Below, piece after piece: positions 8,031 to 14,586 of a stretch of DNA of 14,586 bases (its first letter is position 1; each line of letters starts with the position of its first letter). The stretch is from Synechococcus sp. (GTDB lineage Bacteria > Cyanobacteriota > Cyanobacteriia > Thermostichales > PCC-7336): NCBI GenBank assembly GCA_051439425.1, contig JBFRWD010000030.1, positions 1 to 14,586 of the forward strand, in the 5' to 3' direction. A program made the position numbers and the translations under genes. The notes beneath the pieces are model-generated. The model ran no database searches. It was not told where the DNA came from and saw nothing but the letters and a program-made list of their open reading frames with translations.

Positions 8031-8786
8031 CTATTTCAGTTCGCTTTCTATCCTCTCGATCGCACGAGCAACATGTTCCCCAATACGGGCCGACCCCAAG
8101 ACTGACGGATGAATCAGGTCGTCGTCATAAGCTGCTATCCCGTCTGCCACGACCGCATCCCCAGCCGAAACATACCAGACATTAGCGATCGCATCCGCCA
8201 TCTCCTCCAACCTGGCATTCAATATATTGACCTCATCACCACACCGGTTAAATCCAAACTCCGCATCATTCGGCAAATCGTAATAGCCCACATACATCAC
8301 CTGGCTGCCCGCCGCGACCAGATCTCGCACAAATTCCGGAATATCCCCTGACAGCCCATCGGCACCAATCATTGCATCCATCACATCTCCGCAATCCCCA
8401 CATCCACACTCCACATTCAAGTCATTTACGCCTCCATCCATCACCACCCAATCCCATTCCCCTTTTACGTACTGCTGCCGAATTTCATTTCGCTCGTCGG
8501 CGTCTTCAGGCTCGGGATGAGAGATGTACGCACCCGAAACCGCTCGGCTCATCACCGTCCTATCCAGTTCCCGACTCATCTCCTCAGGAATCGTTGCATT
8601 CGCTCCCGCATTCCAGGTCAAAATCGAATCACCGATTACCAAAATCTCCCCGACCTCAGTGCCACTCCCCAAAGGTCGAACCTCCGCTTCTGATGCAGCC
8701 AGCCTGCAACTAGCGACTGTAACGGAGAGCAGAGAAACTGACGCGATCGCTAACAGACAGCGGCGATTCAGATGATCAACAGTCAT
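8031..8786 (-). CDS. SGNH/GDSL hydrolase (lipase/esterase family), predicted lipoprotein
   Basis: Blocks IGDSI, AVSGA, GGVND and DDLIHPS. N-terminus has NRRCLL, a hydrophobic stretch and lipobox VASC. Confidence 0.9.
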   Translation of the reverse strand: MTVDHLNRRCLLAIASVSLLSVTVASCRLAASEAEVRPLGSGTEVGEILVIGDSILTWNAGANATIPEEMSRELDRTVMSRAVSGAYISHPEPEDADERNEIRQQYVKGEWDWVVMDGGVNDLNVECGCGDCGDVMDAMIGADGLSGDIPEFVRDLVAAGSQVMYVGYYDLPNDAEFGFNRCGDEVNILNARLEEMADAIANVWYVSAGDAVVADGIAAYDDDLIHPSVLGSARIGEHVARAIERIESELK

Positions 8787-8828
8787 ATTGATGCAAAAAA
8801 GGTTGGTGACGATTCATTCTCGCTCGGA

Positions 8829-9233
8829 CTATCCCAATAGATCTGCCAGCTTCAAGACCAGCTGTCCGTAACCACGGTCAATATATAGCCCCATTTGAGC
8901 GATGCACGAATAGGCGATCGCGAATTGAGCTAAGGCATAGATACCAATCGTGAATTGGCTAATGCTGACAACGCCCACCCCAAATTGAGAAATATTGATA
9001 ATTCCGGCACCAAATTGCCCGATAGCAACCACCCCCTTCGCCACGACAGGTTTTCTATTCGGACGATACTTAAACGAGATATGAAGTAAGGGCAACCCCA
9101 AGATGTTTGCATTCGTCTTATATTCGAATCCCCAACCATCCCACTTATCCCTCGCTGGATAGGGAGCCCCACAATGGGGGCAAAACGTAGCTTGCTCGCT
9201 CACTGGATGACTACAGGTTCGGCAATTTTTCAT
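8829..9233 (-). CDS. Zinc-ribbon domain protein with Gly-rich hydrophobic C-terminal region
   Basis: CRTC-x10-CPHCG followed by GLPLLHISF...VAKGVVAIGQFGAG and repeated ISQF/LAQF/IAQM units. Confidence 0.8.
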   Translation of the reverse strand: MKNCRTCSHPVSEQATFCPHCGAPYPARDKWDGWGFEYKTNANILGLPLLHISFKYRPNRKPVVAKGVVAIGQFGAGIINISQFGVGVVSISQFTIGIYALAQFAIAYSCIAQMGLYIDRGYGQLVLKLADLLG

Positions 9234-9376
9234 CAGTTAGTCATTCCGAAATTGGTATAAGTTACAGCAGTGGTCATATAGCGATCGGCAATCCGCCATG
9301 GAGAGTTCCCAAGTACTTTTCCTTGCCCAAAAAGGATTCTAGCCGTCTCAACACTCCAGATCCTAGAGCGGATTGT

Positions 9377-9459
9377 TACACCGCTGCGGACATTTCAGCT
9401 AGGTTCAACCCCGTTCGCGATTGAAAATTTTTGTCCTAACTGAAATGCCAAATACTATA
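9377..9459. repeat. ~80-bp imperfect palindromic intergenic element, copy 2
   Basis: TACACCGCTGCGGACATTTCAGCTAGGTTCA...TGTCCTAACTGAAATGCCAAATACTATA, same orientation as 7914-7994. Confidence 0.85.
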
Positions 9460-9511
9460 TAGTTGCCGTCCACTATTTCCTCGATATCAAAGTTTCCACC
9501 AAGCAAGCGAC

Positions 9512-11179
9512 CTAACACTCGTATATCAAACCGCTCGATAACGTCGCTCCACACAAATTCGCTCGATTCAGTTGAGCTCCCCCCAGCTTGGTACCCGACA
9601 GATTGGCGCGATCGAGATTGGTGCCCGTCAAATTCGCCCCTGACAAATTCGTTTGCTGCAGGTTTGCCTCGCTTAAATTGGTGCCCGTCAAATTCGCCCC
9701 TGACAAATCGCTGCCGGTGAGGTTGGCTTGCTGCAAATCCAAATCGCTCAAATCCGCCCCCCGCAGATCGATTCCACTCAGATCGACCCCCTCTAAACGC
9801 GCCCCTTGCAACACATTGCCACTCACTGCCGAACCATCAAACTCCGTCCCCATCAACAGAGCCCCATTCAAATTCGCCCCTTCTAAATTGGCGGCATACA
9901 AATCTGCCTGCGATAAATTCGCCCCCCGCAAATCTGCGTTAGCCAGATTGGTATTCATCAAATCTGCTCTAGTCAAATCGGCATCGATCAAGAGTGCTTC
10001 CTGTAAATTGGCACGATTCAAAAACGTCTGACTCAAATTGGCCTCCGTCAAATCGGCAGACATCAACTGTGACGATCGCAAGTCTCCCGCTTTCACATTC
10101 GCCAACGCCAAGCTGCTCCCCTCCATCCGAGCAAAGCGCAAGTCCACCAGTGCCAAATTTGCTCCCACTAAATTCGCCCGTTCCAACGTAGCGTCGCTCA
10201 AAAATCCCCCCAAAAATTCAACCCCGGCTAAATTTGCCTCCGTCAAATTCGCTTTCCGCAGGTCAACCCCCCGCAAATTGGCCCCGCTCAAATCCACGCC
10301 GCTCAGATCCAGCTCTACCCCACCATCTGTGACTAATGTATGTACCAAGCGCCACTGAGGGGACATCACTGTCTGCGGGGTTACGGTGCTGTTGTGCAAG
10401 AGGGCACCGGCAAGCTGAGCGCCAGTCAGATCGGCCCCGTCCAAATTGGCGTTGCGCAGATCGGCATTGCGCAAATCGGCATTCATCAGCGACGCCTCTC
10501 GCAAATCCGATCCGTTCAGATTGGCCTCGATCGCGACAACCCGTTGCAAATCCACCTGCTGCAAAAACTGGTTCGATAAATCGGCTCCCGCCAGAACGCA
10601 ACCCGGACAAGCGCGAGTTTCAATCGTTTTCAACACCTGGTCTGGGTTGGCCTCGGGAGGGGGAGGGGGTGGCTTCAGTAATTGTTGTCCCGTAAATGTA
10701 ATCCCCAGCAGGACGGCCAGTGTCAGCCATGGGTTGAGACTGACCAACTCTGGCTCGGTGGTGGGAAAAAACAGTTCATCGGTGGTGGGGGATTGGATGC
10801 TGGGCCTTACCACAGCACTGTTGGCCAACGGGGCTGTCTGACCCAATTGCGCCCCGGCCAAGCTGGCATGCCGTAAATCCGCTTCAGCCAACAGCGTCCC
10901 CGTAAGATTTGCCTGACGTAAATCGGCCCCTTCCAACAGCGCTTGCTGCAGATCGGTTCCGGTTAAGTTGGCTTGTTGCAAATTCGCTTTCGACAAGTTG
11001 ACCTGTGTCAGCTCCAGCCCCGCTAAGTTGGCCCCTTGCAAATCGCAGCCTACGCATTCACCCGTGCTCAACAGGCGATCGATTGCACCGGGCTCCATCC
11101 CCATAGCAGGCACAGCAGTCAGTACTGGAGCAGCGATCGCCAATCCCAATACACATAATCCCGTCCAGTACTTTGACAT
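9512..11179 (-). CDS. Exported/membrane multi-domain pentapeptide repeat protein (likely start ATG 11179, 555 aa)
   Basis: Signal peptide MSKYWTGLCVLGLAIAAPVLTAVPAMG, two CxxC-capped repeat blocks (ECVGCDL, ACPGCVL), an internal hydrophobic segment, and a long third A(D/N)L array. The ORF extension to 11461 looks non-coding. Confidence 0.9.
   Translation of the reverse strand: MSKYWTGLCVLGLAIAAPVLTAVPAMGMEPGAIDRLLSTGECVGCDLQGANLAGLELTQVNLSKANLQQANLTGTDLQQALLEGADLRQANLTGTLLAEADLRHASLAGAQLGQTAPLANSAVVRPSIQSPTTDELFFPTTEPELVSLNPWLTLAVLLGITFTGQQLLKPPPPPPEANPDQVLKTIETRACPGCVLAGADLSNQFLQQVDLQRVVAIEANLNGSDLREASLMNADLRNADLRNANLDGADLTGAQLAGALLHNSTVTPQTVMSPQWRLVHTLVTDGGVELDLSGVDLSGANLRGVDLRKANLTEANLAGVEFLGGFLSDATLERANLVGANLALVDLRFARMEGSSLALANVKAGDLRSSQLMSADLTEANLSQTFLNRANLQEALLIDADLTRADLMNTNLANADLRGANLSQADLYAANLEGANLNGALLMGTEFDGSAVSGNVLQGARLEGVDLSGIDLRGADLSDLDLQQANLTGSDLSGANLTGTNLSEANLQQTNLSGANLTGTNLDRANLSGTKLGGAQLNRANLCGATLSSGLIYEC
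9617..9708. repeat. Exact 32-bp direct repeat (60-bp period) inside the pentapeptide array
   Basis: ATTGGTGCCCGTCAAATTCGCCCCTGACAAAT at 9617-9648 and 9677-9708. Confidence 0.9.
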
Positions 11180-11395
11180 AGCGTTCGACTCTAACCCAAC
11201 ACGGTTTTCCAACCCAGCACGATTCCAGGAGTTATTCCCCCTGCGGAATGCCTCAAGCCTACTGGTTGCCATCAACGCGCCCTCTGAAGAATTGCAGGAC
11301 AAATTGCAACTACATGCCCACGAGATTGGTACGTTGGTTATTCCAAAGTTGAAACAACACCAGAAAAATGCAACGAGGGCGTGGAATCTGTGAAG

Positions 11396-11533
11396 TGGTT
11401 TCGCTACTCTTGCAGTGCAATACCTGCCCTTGTAGTAATGTGCACTGCGCATCAAAACCATTAGCTGAAGGGCTACAAATCAGGAATTACAGTGAGAGGA
11501 GCTTAAGCCTGAGAATTGGTTTCGCTACTCTTG
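11396..11533. promoter_or_regulatory. Paired 17-bp direct repeats in the divergent intergenic region (candidate operators)
   Basis: TGGTTTCGCTACTCTTG at 11396-11412 and 11517-11533. An inverted repeat GCAGTGCA/TGCACTGC (11412-11419, 11441-11448) lies between them. The repeats are certain; the regulatory role is inferred. Confidence 0.55.
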
Positions 11534-11623
11534 ATTCCGAAACTCCTGGTTGAAAAACTCGCAGGTATTCACAGCTCCAGAGGTGGTGCTGTCTCAGTTA
11601 ACGTCATCGTTCTGTGGTGTGCG

Positions 11624-13312
11624 ATGGGATTAAGACTATGTGGGTTGGGGGTTGCAACAGCCGTGGGAATGGTGTGGGCAATTCCAGCGATCGCCGTTGC
11701 CGCTCGTTCTGCACCCTCTGCTTTCAACAGTAAATTTGCATCGTCTACAAATGGTGCACCGATCGTCATTGCCCAACAACTACCCCGTCCCCTCGACGAT
11801 CTGGACGATTTCGATTATTGGCTCGGGTTGTGCAACCTGCAGGCCCAAGCCGCCGATTTTGAAGAAGCTCGCACCAGTTGCGAACAAGCGATCGCTTTGG
11901 AGCCCAAAGAATCTGAAGCATGGTCCGTTCACAGTGAAGTGTTACGGGAGTTAGAGCAATATCCCGAGGCGATCGCTTCAGCCCGCAAGGCACAAGATCT
12001 CGATCCGGAAAGCTCGTTTGCACTGGCGCAAGAATGTTTTGCCTTTGCCGCATTGAAGCAAAACGAACCAGCGTTGGATGCCTGCGACCGGGCGTTGGCG
12101 TTGGATGGCAATTGGGTCAAGATTTCTCCGGCTCTGGCGTGGTATCGCCGTGGGGTGATTTTGGCGCAGATGGAGCGGTTAGAAGTGGCGGTCGCGGCAT
12201 TCGATCACGCCCTGTTGTTAGAAGCCGATGATTCCGAATCGTTGGCCAGTCGGTGCGAGGTGTTGATTCAACTGGAGGATTACACTCAGGCGATCGAAAC
12301 CTGCGCCCAAGCTGTCGATGGTAATGGTCGCTGGGGAGACACTTCGCCTGCCGAAACATGGTTCTATCAGGGGGTGGCTCGCAGTCGTCTAGAGCAGTTC
12401 CCTGCGGCAGTTTCTGCCTTCGATCGCTCCATCCGGCTCGACAACTCGCAACCCGCAGCGTGGCAGGAACAAGGCATCGTCCTCGCCCGCATGAAGCGCT
12501 ACCGCGAAGCATTAACCTCGTTCGAACAAGCCGCCCAATTACAGCCCGAATCCTCCAGCATTCAGCTCCATCTCTGCGCTACCCTCAACCGACTAGCAGA
12601 ATACGGAGCCGCGTTGGCGGCTTGCCAGCAAGCGCAGGCGGGGGATGGTAACTGGCAGGTGGAAGAACTGGCGCGATTTTGGAGCGAGTTCGGGCGATCG
12701 CTGGAAGGCAACGAACAGTACGAAGAGGCGCTGGCAGCAGTGAATCGAGCGGTGGGTATTGCTCCGGACAGCATTACTGCTTGGAACAATCGTGCTGCTG
12801 TGTTGTGGCGCTTGCAAGATTATGACGAATCACTGCGATCAACCGATCGGGCACTGGAATTGGATGAAGAGAATGCACAGGCTTGGTTCAATCGAGCGGT
12901 TGCCCTCCAAAGTCAGGGGAATTTTGGACCCGCGTTGGGGGCTTACAACCATGCCCAAAAGTGGGACCCAGAAGATGCCAATATTCGGGCCAATCGCAGC
13001 GCCGTATTGTGGCAGTTGCGCAATTACGAAGGGGCACGCGATACGGCGTTAAAGGCGATCGAGCTGGATGGTCAGTCTGTAGTGGCTTGGTTTAATTTGG
13101 GGATGGCGCAAGCCTTTTTAAACGATTACGACTCGGCCTTGGCATCCTTCGATCGCGTCCAGCTCCTCGCCCCCGACAATGTAGATGGATTGGCCGGTCG
13201 AGGGTTTGTGTTGGCTCGCCTTAATCGGAATGAAGAAGCAATGGAAATCTTGGAAACCGTCCTGCAAACCAATCCCGAACATCCGCTGGCACTTAGCGTA
13301 AGCCAGTTTTAA
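11624..13312 (+). CDS. Exported tetratricopeptide repeat (TPR) protein (likely start ATG 11624)
   Basis: Signal-peptide-like MGLRLCGLGVATAVGMVWAIPAIA, then many TPR units (AW.NR..AL..L..Y.EA....DRAL.L.P). Confidence 0.9.
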   Translation: MGLRLCGLGVATAVGMVWAIPAIAVAARSAPSAFNSKFASSTNGAPIVIAQQLPRPLDDLDDFDYWLGLCNLQAQAADFEEARTSCEQAIALEPKESEAWSVHSEVLRELEQYPEAIASARKAQDLDPESSFALAQECFAFAALKQNEPALDACDRALALDGNWVKISPALAWYRRGVILAQMERLEVAVAAFDHALLLEADDSESLASRCEVLIQLEDYTQAIETCAQAVDGNGRWGDTSPAETWFYQGVARSRLEQFPAAVSAFDRSIRLDNSQPAAWQEQGIVLARMKRYREALTSFEQAAQLQPESSSIQLHLCATLNRLAEYGAALAACQQAQAGDGNWQVEELARFWSEFGRSLEGNEQYEEALAAVNRAVGIAPDSITAWNNRAAVLWRLQDYDESLRSTDRALELDEENAQAWFNRAVALQSQGNFGPALGAYNHAQKWDPEDANIRANRSAVLWQLRNYEGARDTALKAIELDGQSVVAWFNLGMAQAFLNDYDSALASFDRVQLLAPDNVDGLAGRGFVLARLNRNEEAMEILETVLQTNPEHPLALSVSQF

Positions 13313-13419
13313 TTTCGAGCGAGTAAGAGCTTGCTGCTGCGATCGCGTGCCGTGGCACGACTCAAATAGGTCAACATTTTTGCAAGTCAATAGTGAAGAC
13401 GAGTTATGGGGGGGGGGAA

Positions 13420-14034
13420 ATGGACGGAAACGGGACGACTGACAGCGGGAACGGCTCGGCTTGTCGGGAGCTGATTGTATATGCTTGCCCGACGGGGGAG
13501 TTAGCTGTCGGTTTGAAGGACTATTTTGCAGTGACGATGCACCACTGCGGCTCTAATACCGCTCATGAATACATGCCCCACTGCACGCTTACAGGTTTCT
13601 TTCACGATCGTGTGGGAGCGATTCCTCTGTACGTAGAGGCGATAGAACAGGCGCTGGCTGCGGAGGGGGTTAACAAGCCGGAGCAGGCAATCGCGATTTC
13701 CGGTTTGCGGTTGGAGTCAGAGTTTCACTATTTAGCGATTCAGTCTGCGTGGCTGGAGTCTGTGACGGCGACATTTGCAGAATTTGCGGAGTCTTCAACA
13801 CGAGTTGATGCCCTAAGGTTGAAGACTAATTTGCATGTCAGCTTGGCGTATGGATTTTCGTCCGAGCAGGAAGGGGGGTTGCGGGAGATTGCAGACGGGC
13901 TGGATTGGCAAGCACCTGTAGGATGGGATGTGAGATTGTACGAGCGACATTCACGTCTCGACCGTCCAATCTCCAGATCTAGACAGAAGGATTTGGAGCA
14001 GCGCTGGACCTGTCATGGCTGCTGGGAGGTTTGA
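13420..14034 (+). CDS. 2H phosphoesterase superfamily protein, Sts-1/UBASH3 PDE-domain-like (alternative start GTG 13393)
   Basis: Two HxT/S motifs 85 aa apart: PHCTL (His codon 13579-13581) and LHVSL (His codon 13834-13836). Confidence 0.8.
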   Translation: MDGNGTTDSGNGSACRELIVYACPTGELAVGLKDYFAVTMHHCGSNTAHEYMPHCTLTGFFHDRVGAIPLYVEAIEQALAAEGVNKPEQAIAISGLRLESEFHYLAIQSAWLESVTATFAEFAESSTRVDALRLKTNLHVSLAYGFSSEQEGGLREIADGLDWQAPVGWDVRLYERHSRLDRPISRSRQKDLEQRWTCHGCWEV

Positions 14035-14039
14035 GCACA

Positions 14040-14480
14040 ATGGGTTTAGATTACAGAGTGGTGACAGAGCTGGATTTGCCGGTATTGCGACAGTTATATG
14101 CCCTGATGGATGGAGAGGAGCCGCTAGCGGAAGCGATTATCGATCGCCTGTTTGCAGAGATTTCGGAAGTGCCAAATTACGACATATATTTGGCTGAGTT
14201 GGATGGAATTGCAGTGGGGACATTTGCACTGTTGATGATGCCGACGATGATGCATCGTGGGTTCCACCGAGCGGCGATAGTGGATGCAGTGGCGGTACAT
14301 CCGGAATATCGGCAGCGAGGGATTGGGCGATCGCTGATGGAGGAGGCGTTACGGTTGAGCCGTGAAGCAGGATGCTACAAGCTGATGCTTTCATCCAATT
14401 TGCAGCGGATGGGAGCCCATCAGTTTTACAAACGGTTAGGGTACGAGCAGCACGGCTTGAGTTTTAGCCTCAAAACCTAG
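14040..14480 (+). CDS. GNAT family N-acetyltransferase (alternative start TTG 14031 overlapping the upstream stop)
   Basis: Motif A VAVHPEYRQRGIGRSL, followed by AGCYKLMLSSN..R..AHQFY..LGY. Confidence 0.92.
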   Translation: MGLDYRVVTELDLPVLRQLYALMDGEEPLAEAIIDRLFAEISEVPNYDIYLAELDGIAVGTFALLMMPTMMHRGFHRAAIVDAVAVHPEYRQRGIGRSLMEEALRLSREAGCYKLMLSSNLQRMGAHQFYKRLGYEQHGLSFSLKT

Positions 14481-14500
14481 ATATTACTGGTGCTTCAAGG

Positions 14501-14528
14501 TATTGCAAACGAATAGGCAGTTAGGACA
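14501..14528 (+). repeat. 28-bp arm related to the 7914/9377 elements
   Basis: TATTGCAAACGAATAGGCAGTTAGGACA shares TAT.G and CAGTTAGGACA (11/11) with the reverse complement of 9432-9459. Confidence 0.55.
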
Positions 14529-14586
14529 TATTGGTTGGATTGATGAGTGCCATCTCGCTTATGCCAGCCGCCTACAGCATGGACCT

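Larger units (their letters stand above)
804..14334. repeat. Dispersed HIP1 octamers (GCGATCGC)
   Basis: Perfect copies start at 804, 1121, 3758, 5804, 6774, 7421, 8024, 8185, 8743, 8914, 11133, 11687, 11888, 11969, 12694, 13339 and 14327; chance expectation is below one per window. Confidence 0.95.

Noticed and set aside
7914..9459. Canonical integron attC sites, Xer dif sites or a CRISPR array
   Set aside because: No outer RYYYAAC/GTTRRRY boxes in attC order, no XerD-type TTATGTTAAAT arm, no integrase, and no regular repeat-spacer period.
9588..11393. Long plus-strand ORFs antisense to the pentapeptide gene
   Set aside because: Shadow frames produced by the repetitive codon pattern of the real minus-strand gene.
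11389..11407. NtcA or CRP site at the direct repeat
   Set aside because: Spacing and half-sites do not fit GTA-N8-TAC or TGTGA-N6-TCACA.
11180..11623. N-terminal ORF extensions to 11461 (-) and 11516 (+)
   Set aside because: Signal peptides begin at ATG 11179 and ATG 11624; the extensions would fill the divergent promoter region and look non-coding.
13346..13393. Hairpin CGTGCC-GT-GGCACG as a terminator, and minus-strand TTGAC boxes as an antisense promoter
   Set aside because: The loop is too short and no U-tract follows; no TAnnnT -10 element at proper spacing.

Overview
Cyanobacterial chromosomal DNA: I counted at least 17 perfect HIP1 octamers (GCGATCGC) by eye, and the gene families are typical of cyanobacteria. 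Left to right: the 3' end of a HEAT-repeat gene; a stretch of gene debris (IS4-family left end with a dead transposase N-terminus, then a GC-rich ABC ATPase/permease junction fragment ending at a HIP1 site); a divergent orphan RpaA-like regulator with an HLR1-like box upstream; a pentapeptide-repeat gene; a host-attachment (AtsE/baeRF-like) gene; a UPF0182 membrane protein; an SGNH lipoprotein and a zinc-ribbon gene bracketed by two copies of an ~80-bp palindromic element; a divergent pair of exported pentapeptide and TPR genes; and a coupled 2H-phosphoesterase plus GNAT pair. Best leads: (1) the 2H protein looks like a stand-alone bacterial counterpart of the metazoan Sts-1/UBASH3 phosphodiesterase domain; (2) a family of elements with 28-bp arms lies just downstream of genes in a cassette-like layout; (3) the RpaA paralogue. 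All family calls rest on motif recognition and remembered sequences; no searches were run.
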